Assembly: GCF_020745735.1 (NCBI RefSeq)
Contig: NC_083416.1
Coordinates: 29,168,543-29,232,542, forward strand
Source: Hemiscyllium ocellatum
Lineage: Eukaryota
Length of the DNA: 64,000 nt
Direction: 5' to 3'
Shown piece after piece: positions 12,411-23,678 of this stretch. The notes beneath the pieces were generated by a model, which worked only from the letters and a program-made list of their open reading frames with translations, did no database searches and had not been told where the DNA came from. The stretch's first letter is position 1; the number at the start of each line of letters is the position of its first letter. The position numbers and the translations under genes are program-made.

Positions 12411-13527
12411 ATGAAATGAACAGCCCTTCCCATGATCCAGCCCAAGCTTTGGGTCCGCTATGTGGATGACACCTCTGTCATCATGAAATGCAACAAATTA
12501 GAAGAAACCCACAAACACATAAGCAACATCCTTACCAGCATGAAGTTCACCAAAGAGGAAGCAAACAACAACAGACTCCACTTCCTAGATGTCATAGTAG
12601 AACAAAAAGCCAAGGGGGACCTGCAGGCCAGTGTCTACAGGAAAGCCACACACACTGACCAGATACTCAACTACAGGAGCAATCATCCCCATACCCACAA
12701 ATGGAGCTGCATCAGGACTTCATTTATAACAGGCCACAACATACTGCAGCACCCTGGAAACGAAAAGCTGAGGAAAAACACCTAGAAAATGCATTCAGCA
12801 ACAATGGGTACCCAATAAGCTCAGTCCACCGATTCCTGCAGAAGAGACCTAAACAAAAAGACACAACACGCCCACAGACTCTAGCCACCCTGCCACACAT
12901 TAAAGATATATCGGATTTGACAACCAGACTACTCCGGCCGCGAGGTATCATGGCAGCCCACAAACCTACCACCACACTGTAACAGCTCCTAATGAATTTA
13001 AAGCACCCCATACGAACAACCAGCAGAACGAACATCATATATAAAATACCGTGCAAGGATTGCAACAAGCATTACATTGGACAGGCGGGCAGGAAACTCG
13101 GCACCAGGATACATGACCACCAACCAGCCACAAAAAGACAAGACCAACTATCGCTAGCAGTATCACCATACACACAAAGAGGGACACCCGTTCAACTGGG
13201 ACAATACATCCATCCTGGGACAGGCTAAACACAGACACGTACAGGAATTCCTCAAAGTCTGGCATTCAAACTGGAACTCCATTAACAAACATTGATAGGA
13301 CCCCATTTACCAAGCTCTCAGAAATAGAACAGGAAATGATATCACCTATCACAACAGACCAAGACAGATAAATATCAAGTGGGACAGAATATCAGCACTT
13401 TACTGGAGGCTCACTGATAATGTCACCTAGCATCGTGACGAAACATCTGAGAACAAATCTTCCAGTTCAGCGAGCAAACTAGCAACCTGATCCAGAACCT
13501 GGGCTACAAACTTCTCCAAAATTGCAA
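12411..13527 (+). mobile_element. Penelope-like element (Poseidon-type), RT palm/thumb plus GIY-YIG, frameshifted
   Basis: WVRYVDD, FLDV, VYRKATHTDQILNYRSNHP and NIIYKIPCKDCNKHYIGQAGR in successive frames; decayed hammerhead motif CTCA-CTGATAA..GAAACATC-TGAG at 13410-13451. Confidence 0.9.
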
Positions 13528-13799
13528 ACTATTTGAATCTTATTTGTGAAGCAGAAAAGCACACATATGCCCTGTTCATATATGTTCCAAGTGTCCAATA
13601 GGTAGCACATAACTGGAGCAATAACTTACAGCAACTTCCAGTATGAGAGGTCACAAAAATTGAAGTGGCAAGGATAGGTCTAATGAATGGTGGGCACACT
13701 AATTCAGCAATTACAGTATACTCTGACTCAATATTTTTCAGAACTTCAATGATCCAGAAAATGTGGTTGGCATGAGAGAGAAGCTTTACAGTGTACAAC

Positions 13800-14600
13800 A
13801 TAAAACTGACACAAGTAAATTGTGTGATGGGATAGTCAATACTGAGGATAATTACAACAAATTACATGAGGCTATTAATAAGCATGCAGAATGGATAAGT
13901 AATTGGCAAATGAAGTATGAGAGGTAGTATGCTTTCATAAGAAGCTTATTGCTTGAAGGTCAATTCAGAGTAGAGAAACAAAAGGATCTTGAATACAAAT
14001 CATGCAATATGACACAACTCAAACCAAACACTAGGCTTTATTTCTAACGCAATAAAATTTAAAATGAGGGAAGTTATGCTAAACTTGCATTGAACCTTAG
14101 TTAGACTGCTTTTAAGAGTGCTGTGTGCAGTTGTATTCACTGTGTTCTGAAAGAATATAGATACACTACAGAAAGTACATAGAAGATTAACATTGATGCA
14201 AGAAATATGTAGGCATACATATCAGGAAAGGATTGACAGTATGGGTCTCAGAAAGCTGAAGGGTGACTAAACTGAAGTATTTAAAATTATGAATGGTTTG
14301 AAAGAATGAATAGAGAGAGAATGATTCCTCATGTGGACAAGAGCATAACTGGAGGTCATTAATATTTACTAATGACCAATAAATCCAATAAGAAATTTTG
14401 GATAATTCTGTCAACCAAACAACAGTAAAAATGTGGAATATGCTTTCACACAGTGTAGTTGATGTCGTTAAGGGAAGCACATGAGGCATATGCCTCAATG
14501 GTAGATTTGGATAAAAAAGGATGGGAGGAGACTTGAGTAGAGCATCAATACTCACAAGCACTCGTTAGGCTGAATGGCTTGTTTCTGTGCCATTATTCCT
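13800..14600 (+). mobile_element. Old CR1 3' fragment
   Basis: Degenerate RT C-terminal and 3' UTR motifs (ggctgaatggcttgtttctgtgc). Confidence 0.55.
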
Positions 14601-14892
14601 ATACAATGCGATGAATAATTATTTTGAAGAATCTCTCTCATCTTGAAAAACTAACTTTGGAAGTGTAAAATATCATTGCTTCAGAATAAGATTTTAAAAT
14701 TGAATCATTTACATCATAGAAAGGTTTATGGTATTTTATTTTCTGCTTTCAGCCTATGTGTATGTCCCAGTCTTGATTTTGGTTTCTGTAGAACAGTTGA
14801 AATATGATGTGGAGGTGCCAGTGTTAGCCTGGGGTGGACAAAGTTAAAAATCACACAACACCAGGTTATAGTCCAACAGATTTATTTGGAAG

Positions 14893-14927
14893 TACTAGCT
14901 TTCGGAGCGCTGCTCCTTCATCAGTTA
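14893..14927 (-). ncRNA. Minimal hammerhead motif (CUA triplet)
   Basis: Reverse complement TAA-CTGATGA-A-GGAGC(agc)GCTCC-GAAA-GC-TA-GTA; core intact, first stem I pair mismatched. Confidence 0.65.
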
Positions 14928-15605
14928 ACTAGTGGGGAAAGGATCATAAGACACAGAATTTATTGCATAAGATTACAGTGTCATGCAATTAAAATGATAT
15001 TTTGAACAAATCTAGATTGCTGTTAAGTCTTTCATCTTTTAGAATGGGTTGCAGGTTTCAATTCACCAATACATAAATCCCAGAAGTTCTTTCAAGTCAC
15101 ATTCTCCAGATAACTTAAGGTTTTATAAAAAAAAGTGACATCTCAGCTCAGACAATGTATTAAAGGTGTGAGGTTAGAGTCTGTCTGTATCTCAATCTTG
15201 AGTCAGACTGGTTCTGTTTCCAAAGTAGGAATTAATAAAATGTTATATGGATGGACTGCCTGCAGGTTGTGTACTTTTTGAGTAAAAATTGATTGTATCT
15301 GCAAATACAAATCTGCAAAAGTATATGTGTGTGTGCTCAAGATAACGTAACCTCATAACCTCACACCTTTTATACATTGTCTGAGCCGAGATATCACTTT
15401 TCTAAAAATAAAACCTTAAATTATCTTGATAATGTGACAGGAAAGATATTATGGGATTTACGTATTAGTGAACCAAAACCTGCCACCCATTCTAAAAGAT
15501 GAAGGAGTTAACAACAATCTAGGTTTGTTCAATATATCATTTGAAATGCATTTCACTGTGATCTTTTGCTATAAATTCTGTGTCTTATGACCCTGCCCCA
15601 CTAGT

Positions 15606-15640
15606 TACCTGATGAAGGAGCTGTGCTCTGAAAGCTAGTA
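15606..15640 (+). ncRNA. Minimal hammerhead motif (CUA triplet)
   Basis: TAC-CTGATGA-A-GGAGC(tgt)GCTCT-GAAA-GC-TA-GTA; core intact, stem I TAC/GTA. Confidence 0.7.
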
Positions 15641-15839
15641 CTTCCAAATAAACTTATTGGATTATAACCTGGTGTTGTGTGATTTTTAAGTTAAAATATG
15701 AATTGTAATCTATGCTAACTTTGAGAATTCTTCAATCTTATAGGCTGATCAGCCTTTCTGATGACTTCACTTTTGTTGGACATGACAAATTTCATTTGAT
15801 GGTGTCAAATCCAATGTTTCATGGGGTCTGCTAAATCCT

Positions 15840-16609
15840 TAAGATGGTGGTGGAGTAGGAATCTGAGCCCAGGGCCTGTCTGCTCCCATCGACTTCCTTT
15901 CTTTCTTAAATTGTTTTTTAACCTTTTCTCTTTTTCTTTTCTTTTAAGCTTCAAGTAGCACAGCAGCAACAACAACACGATGAGTTGGACACAGTTCCAC
16001 CACAGCCTATGGTCTCCTGATGAGTGAGGAACAGGTCCCGTGCTGACTTCCCAGAACTCGCAGGCTAGGCTGAAGTAGCAGGTCCATAGGTAGGCTCAGG
16101 CATCTGAAGAAGAAAGGCAGTCTTGGCCTGGCATGGCACTCTCCATGAATGGGGGGTCTCTCAATTTGGCTATGTCCCTGCATGGCCGTCTCCTGGTATG
16201 GTGGTCTTCTCAACACATGGCAATTTTCTCTCAGCATACCGGTCTCGTCCGTGTGTGAAGGTCTCCTTCATCTTCATCATCCAGGCATTCCAGCGGCCCA
16301 GCAGGTGGTCTCATCCATGAATGGCAGTCCTAATCTGGCATGGCACTCTTCTTTGGCAGACACTTCCAGTCTGGTACCAGCAGCTTGGTGTGGCAGTCTC
16401 AGCCTGGCTCCATCTTCAGGGTATTCCATCCTTCCTAAAGCACTTTAATGCAAGCCCAGGAGCCATTAACTGATCAGTGGTAAATTTTGTCTTTACTTTT
16501 TCTATTATTATGTATGACTTCTGTCACTGATGTGACCTCATGGTGGAGTGACCTTTCATTGTATTTTTCATATAAAAGTAAACATGACAATAAATTTCTA
16601 TTCTATTCT
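15840..16609 (+). repeat. Unclassified retroposon with AATAAA and a (TTCTA)n tail
   Basis: Ends acatgacaataaatttctattctattct; a related tail lies on the minus strand at about 31316-31360. Confidence 0.4.
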
Positions 16610-16825
16610 CAAGGTAAGCAGCAAGCATTCACCCTTCACCACTGACTGCAAACTCCCAGCCAATGTCAATAGATGGAATCAGTTCACAACTTGAATCAGG
16701 AAAGCATATTCAATATTGCTTACTCAATCGCTAATCAATGATAAGAGTCAGGTATGAGAAGTACATTAATGAAATACACTGGTAGTAAGGAAAAAAAGTG
16801 CCCACTTTTAATGTTGAACAACAAC

Positions 16826-17128
16826 ATTAGATTAGATTATTTACAGAGTGGAAATCTGGAAATCGGCCCAACAAGTCCACTCCAACCCTCCGAAGAGCAA
16901 CCCACCCAGACCCAATCTCTACATTAACCCCTTCACCATCACCATCACCACAGGCAACTTAGCATGGCCAATTCACCTAACCTGCACGTTTTTAGACTGT
17001 GGGAGGAAATCCACGCAGACACGGGGAGAATGTGCAACTCCACACAGACAGTTGCCTGAGGCAGGAATTGAACCCAGGTCTCTGGCATTGTGAGGCAGCA
17101 GTACTAACCACTGTGCCACCATGCCACA
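16826..17128 (-). mobile_element. HE1-like SINE
   Basis: Reverse complement of the tRNA head and V-domain; (attag)n tail at 16826. Confidence 0.85.
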
Positions 17129-20100
17129 CCTTGCCTTTATTAAAATGATGATGAACTTGCTGTGCATTGCTCAGAGGTTTCTTTCTATGTTGCCATAACT
17201 TACAATTTATTTGATTCTTAGTACTTTTATTTTGAGGAAAAAGCAAGTTGGTTGGATAATCTATGAAACATTATCAGCTTATGGTCTAGTTCAGTGATTC
17301 AGCTGAGTAAATTCAAAATGTTTCCTGCAATTAACACCACTCAAAACAAATTAATTGGCCATTGATGGTGTCACTTTTTTTATTCTTAATGTACTGTATT
17401 TGTTTGCTTTCATAATGATAGTTACCGCATATGAAGTCTGCCATGATGTTTTTAAAAGAGGTGATCGAGACTTCTGTGACTGCAAGTCTTTTGTTCCTTT
17501 CTGAATACTATTATATCTGATATTGATGGGCAGTTGGATTAAAATTGATCCTTTATTGTTAGTTTGGTTGAATCCAGCTGATTTTCATTCAGTCTTAATA
17601 GTTTGTCACCAATGGCCTCTTATGGGTAAATGCAAGCTCTTTCATTTTACAATCATTGTTTAAAGCACTTCACTGCAATTGCAAGCAGTATAAAAAAAAA
17701 GCAATCATATTATCATTAGATGAATCATCATCACCACTTTTTGAAAATATATGGACATGGAGAATTGAAGTTAACATTAACTGTTTAGTTCTTTATTGTT
17801 TTCATCACCTTTTTAACTGGTTAAAATAGCTGGAGAAGTTCCACAAGCATGAAGAGGATGAATAAACACACGCCACTGGTTTTGCACAAGCACTGGAGCA
17901 CACTGAGTTGGTGACCACTTTTGTCATTTCAATTCTTTCACACTGTTGTGCTCAGAATGTGCCCAAACTCCCTGTAACACAATTAATATGATTCTTCTTG
18001 ATAAAAAGAAACAAAAATACTGATATTATAGAATTACTGGGACAATTTGAAATATTGTCAAGAAACATTTCAGTAAATTATCATTTATTTTATTTTCAGG
18101 CTCTGTTGACTGGTCAATGTTATTAACCATGCCATGAATGCGAATGGAAATTAGCTTGGAGGGGTTATTGAGTTCAGTAATATTCTAAAGCTGAATTAAC
18201 ATCAGTGGAAATGTAGTCATTAACCCAGAATGCTTCAGCTATCAACTCAACTCCTTCACATTGTCAATTCAACCATTCATTTTTCAAACCTTTGATAGTG
18301 TGATCTGTGTTCCATGTTTGAACTGAAAGATCAAAAAAAGTAACAATGAAAAAGTCATGTATACCTTCTTACACACAAAGAGGGCCTCAATCTAAACTAA
18401 CCCATCTACCAGTGGCACTGTAACATGCAGGAGCACTGTGGCATGTCTAGGTTTGATCATTTAATATGAGAGATACCTCAAATAAAAATGTTGAGTTTTA
18501 CTGACATAGTAGGACCAGTTATTTAGGAAACAGGTGAAACGTTCCTAGCCACCAGACTGCTCAGGATGTGCATGAATCTCAACCAATTTATATTCTGCCA
18601 GTGAGTGTGGGCATCAAATAGACACCCCACTGTAATTTACAACTGATGGTGGGGGAGGGGAGGTAGTTGGAATCTAAGTATGGACTATAAACCCAGTGGG
18701 ATTTGTACGGATTGACAGCAGCTCAAAGCTACTTCTTGTGGATGTCGTGGTTTCTCCAGGGCCCATAGAATATTATTAAACTTCCTGCGCATTTATATAC
18801 TCAGTCTACTTGTACTCGAGCATGTAAATGTGTATTACAAATCGCTTTCCATCTGAAAAAGGAGGGAAGTTCCATCCAATCTTGAATTGCATAAATAGGA
18901 TAATAAGAAACCTTTTGTTAGTTTTGCCTGTTTTGGAGCAGTATGTTAAAATTACCACTAGTGTGTTCAATGCAATTTGTAATGATAGGAAATCATTTTA
19001 GGTTGCTTGTTTGAAGGAGAATTAAAATTAGATTCACTGAAGTTACGAATTTCAATAAAACAAAAACATCATTTTTGCATTTCTTTTTCCCTTTTTGTAA
19101 CTTATTTAATTACCGAATGATGTGCACAAGATGTGGTCAATTTAAACATGAGGAATTACTAAACCTCAAAATAGAGAGTTTAGTAAGTTTACTAATTTAA
19201 TACTCATAGAAATATAATTATTAACTTAGGATACTTTTTTGGGAGTGATGTATATCCTTTAGATAATCAAACAAGTTGTATTACGGCGTTCTCAGCTATC
19301 CCATTTGTTGGTGTCTTTAGTCCTCAATGTTTAAATAAAGTCATCAAAACTTGCATAATAATAAAGAACAAAAAAATAGAATCTATTTTGTCTGAAGCTC
19401 TGGTGTTGTCCCAACTAGTAAAAGCACCACCTAGTGCAACATCAAGCCAAGTCAAAACATCACAGCTTTGATTTCCAAGAATAAGGTGATCAAAGTCAGG
19501 GTAACAGCTGGAGCACTAAAATAGATCTGAGCAGCCATCGAGTGGGAAGGGAAAATATCAGCTAGGTTTCCTCATCTCTCCTACTCTGCAGTGACCTCTC
19601 ATGGAAAGAAATAAAATATACAAAATTCTGGGAACACTTCGCAGGCCAGGAAGAATCTGTGAAGAGAATAACAGGATTAATCCTATAGCTAGGTGACCTT
19701 TCAGCTGAACTGGAAGAAGCTCAAGATTTAATTGTACTTAAGAAAGCACAAAGCCAAGAAAGTAATTACATAGTAATGACAGTTTGGGGGGGGGGAGGGG
19801 TCAACAGAAAAGGCAAGGAAAGAGTTAAGAGAATCAACTGTGACAGGGTGTAAGGCATACATAATCAAATGAAGGATTATCCAGTCAGTTGAAGATAGGA
19901 ATGTCACAAGAAACAAAGGGTGATTCTAAAAGAAATGCAAGTTGAAACAGCAGAACCAATATCAGTCTAAATGGAAAAGCAAAACAGAGTTAACGTTTTA
20001 GGTCAATAACCTTTCGTCAGAACTAATTTTATGAAGGAATATTAACCCAGAACATTAATCATTTCTTTTCTCCACAAATGCTGCCAGATCACTAGGTCCT

Positions 20101-20674
20101 TCCAGCATTTCCTGATTTTATTTCACATTTACAGGAGTCACAGTACTTTACTCATGCTTTACTTGCATCTGCTGTCTGAAATAACTGGATGGTGGCTATT
20201 CAGCTCAGTCTTGAGACTACAGAACTGTGAAGTGCCTACTGAAAAATGGGATGCAGTCCTGTGACCTTAGTTTTAAGTTCAATGGAACAGTGCAGAAGAC
20301 TGAAGATAGAAAGGACGGAGTGAGATTAGGCTGCGAGAACAAAGTAGCAAATGACCAAAGCTTCAAACTTGCAACCTAAACACAGGTATTCAGTAATCTG
20401 CATTTGGCCTCCTCATTCGTGAGGCCAGTTTGTGAGCAGTAGTTACAAAAGTTTTAATACACCCCAACAAAGTGCAAAAATAAATGCAATATTCTGCAAA
20501 TGCTGGAGATTTGTAAGAAAAACAAGTTCTGAACTCAGCAAGTCTGACGACATCTGGGAAATAGAAACAATGAATGTTCTGAGTCCAATATAACTCTTCT
20601 TCAGAACTAAATAGAGGTAGAAGAGTTATGAACTTTATGCTGATGATGGGAGGTAGTGAGGATGACACAAAGAG

Positions 20675-21850
20675 TCTGCACAGGGAGAGGGAGATAGGTT
20701 AGGTGAGTGGGCAAAAACTTGGAAGACAGAATATAATGTGGGAAAATGTAAGGTTGCGCACTTTGGCAGGAAGAATAGGAGAACTAAATATTATTTAAAT
20801 GGAAAGAAACTACAAATAGCCAGTATCCAAGTTCAGCAGGTAATAGGGAAAGCAAATGATTTGTTGGCCTTCATTTCAAAGGGAATGGAGGATAAAAATT
20901 GGGGGAGGTCTTGTTAAAACTATGCAAAGCACTAGTAATAACACACATAGAATCAGAACAATTGTGGGCCCTTTATCTAAGGAAAGATACACAGGCAGTG
21001 GAGGATATCCAGAGAAGGTTCATTAGAATCGAGACTTTCTATTGAGGTGTAGTTGAATGGATTGAGTTTGTACTGATAGTAGTTTAGAAGAATGAGAAGA
21101 TTTGATTGGAGCATTTAAGATTCTAAGAGGACTTGACAGGATAGATTCAGAGAATTTCTTTCCTTTGTGGGAGACCAGAATAAGGAGATCACCCATTTTT
21201 GACAGAGATGAAGAAGAATTCTTTCTCTGAATTTGGAGATGCCGGTGTTGGACTAGGGTGTACAAAGTTAAAAATCATACAACACCAGATTATAGTCCAA
21301 CAGGTTTATATGGAAGCACCAGCTTTCGGAGCACCGCTCCTTCAGCAGGTACCTTGATCATCTTGTTTTCATCTGTATTTCCCATACAACCATCCCCTAA
21401 CATGGCAGTCTGCAGGCTGTCGTACTTCTATCGTGGACAAAGCCCCCAGCAATCCTTGTTGATCACTACCAACCTTCTCCTGGTAGTACTGCTCTTCTAA
21501 CTCCATTCATTTCCTTCAAATAATAAATATTCCTATAGGAATCCACAACCACCTGATGAAGGAGCAGCGCTCCGAAAATTAGCGCTTTCAATTAAACCTG
21601 TTGGATCTTTCTCTGAAGGTAATGAACTTATGGAATTCTGTATCACAGAGAGCTGTCAAGACTGAGTCAATAAGAATATTCAAGGCTGAGATAGCACTCT
21701 TAGACAGTAATGGAATCAAGGGCTGTGTGGAATAAACAGGAAAATTGAGATGAGGATTATCAGATCACTCATGGTCTCTCCATAGTCTCATTGAATGGCG
21801 GAGTAGACTTGATAAAACAAATTGCTCCTAATCTTTTGGTTTTATTAAAA
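20675..21850 (+). mobile_element. Old CR1 3' fragment interrupted by the PLE derivative at 21232-21605
   Basis: KC.V.HFG-like and RT C-terminal remnants plus CR1 3' UTR; the sequence resumes in register after the TSD. Confidence 0.65.
21232..21605. mobile_element. Fold-back PLE derivative (family 3) with an internal 193-bp captured segment
   Basis: 12-bp TSD TCTTTCTCTGAA (21220-21231, 21606-21617); inverted hammerhead-bearing arms; the interior 21351-21543 is an inverted copy of 22794-22987. Confidence 0.85.
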
Positions 21851-21955
21851 GGGCAAGGGGTGCATGGAGAAAAGATGTTCCAGTTAAGGTAAAGGTGTGA
21901 AATAGTTTGGAGATCAAAGGCATCATGAAATCAAGTGCGAAGGGAGTGGTAATAC

Positions 21956-22272
21956 TTAGATTAGATTAGATTACTTACACTGTAGAAACAGGCCCTTCGG
22001 CCCAACAAGTCCACACGGACCCGCCGAAGCGCAACCCACCCATACCCCTACATTTACCCCTTCCTAACACTACAGGCAATTTAGCATGGCCAATTCACCT
22101 GACCCGCACATCTTTGTGACTGTGGGAGGAAACCGGAGCACCCGGAGGAAACCCACGCAGACACGGGGAGAACGTGCAAACTCCACACAGACAGTCACCT
22201 GAGTCAGGAATTGAACCCGGGTCTCAGGCGCTGTGAGGCAGCAGTGCTAACCACTGTGCCATCGTGCCGCCC
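21956..22272 (-). mobile_element. Full-length HE1-like SINE
   Basis: Minus strand begins gggcggcacgatggcacagtggttagcactgctgcctcacagcgcc, with B-box gggttcaattcc, V-domain and (taatc)n tail. Confidence 0.9.
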
Positions 22273-22289
22273 ACAAGTGAAGAAATGAA

Positions 22290-23420
22290 GTGTTGTTAAT
22301 AGCAAAGTAAAGGTCAGGACGGATTGAAAATATTGTTGGGATGAGGAAGGGTGAGAGTAATGGAACAGGTAGAGTTGGATGCTCTGCCAAGTTAAGAAGA
22401 TGATATTTTGAAAGCATATTTTTGGTATGGAAAATGGTGATATCACAACAGATGTAATGGAGACAGAAACTGAAAGGATAGAATAGAGTCTTTAAAGGAA
22501 GGGGAGATGTGAAAAAGTGTAAACAAGGGAGCTGTGAGAGTCAGTGAACTTAAAATTCATGTTGGTAGACAGCCTAACTCCAGCTACGGAGATAAAGTAG
22601 TTAAGGAAAGGGAAGAAACACAGATGGATCATAAGATGACAAAACTGGGAGTAAAATAAATTATCCAATTCAGGGAGACAACTGGAAGTGAACTAATATA
22701 ATTATCAATATACCGGAGTTAAGGAGCAAGCTATGTCCAACTGGAACAAATCCATATATCCCACACAATACCAAGCAGAAGCAGGAATCATTTGATTCCT
22801 ATAGGAATATCTACTATTTGAAGAAAATGAATGGAGTTAGAAGAGCAGTACTACCAGGAGAAGATTGGTATTGATCGACAAGGATTGCTTGGGTCTTTGT
22901 CCAAGATAGAAGTACAGTAGTCTACAGACTGCCATGTCAGGGGATGGTTGTATGGGAAATACGGGGTGAAAACAAGATGATCAGGGTCTATAAATTAGAA
23001 ATGCTAAATCGTAGAACATATTTGAAATGGAGCCTGCTTGAGCTGGAAATCGAAAGGTGGCAGCTGTCTTGCAAATACCTTCTGACAACATGAGGTGTTT
23101 GGAAATAATTGATGGATGATCAGAAGGATTGTGAGTCATGATTGGTGTGAAATGTTAGAGTTTCCATTTACACTGTTCATAAAACAACAATGATGCCTCT
23201 CTTGTCAGGAGCTTTGAGTACTATGTCAAGGTTCGACCTAAGAGAATGATGAAAGAATATTATCTCAATGCAAATGCGTGGAATAGCATCTCATTATTCA
23301 GTAGGCACTCTACAGTCTTGCAACCTCAACAATAAGCTCTGAATATTCCACCCTTGCCATTTACTTGGTCTATTAAACCCATTTAAACCTCCTCTGGCTC
23401 CTTTCATCCTTTACTTGTGA
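22290..23420 (-). mobile_element. Ancient decayed PLE RT relic
   Basis: Patchy similarity to the minus strand of the Neptune-type ORF at 34.5-36.8 kb, with an eroded G..MG..P..A-like motif near 22760-22820. Confidence 0.45.
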
Positions 23421-23492
23421 CATTACCACCCACGTTTGCTCCCAACATCATCCCTAACTTTGTAATATGCCTCGTAATCCTTTGAGATATCT

Positions 23493-23678
23493 CAATCAAA
23501 CGTGGAGCTGGAAAGGCACAGCAGGTCAGGCAGCCTCAGAGGAGCAAGAGAATCAATGTTTTGAGTCAGGACCCAAAATGTTGACTTTTCTGCTTCTCTG
23601 ATGCTACCTGACCTGCTGTGCCTTTTCATCTCCACTTTTTATCGATTCAGACTTCCAGCATCTGCGGGCCTTACTGTG
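23493..23678. mobile_element. Short fold-back PLE terminal-repeat derivative
   Basis: Inverted arms (ggaaaggcacagcaggtcaggcagc / gctacctgacctgctgtgcctttt); 15-bp TSD TCCTT(T/C)GAGATATCT (23478-23492, 23679-23693). Confidence 0.75.

Larger units (their letters stand above)
14808..15688. mobile_element. Non-autonomous fold-back PLE derivative (family 3) with inverted arms, each with a hammerhead motif
   Basis: The right arm (about 15350-15688) is a diverged reverse complement of the left arm; 13-bp TSD AGTT(G/A)AAATATGA (14795-14807, 15689-15701). Confidence 0.8.
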
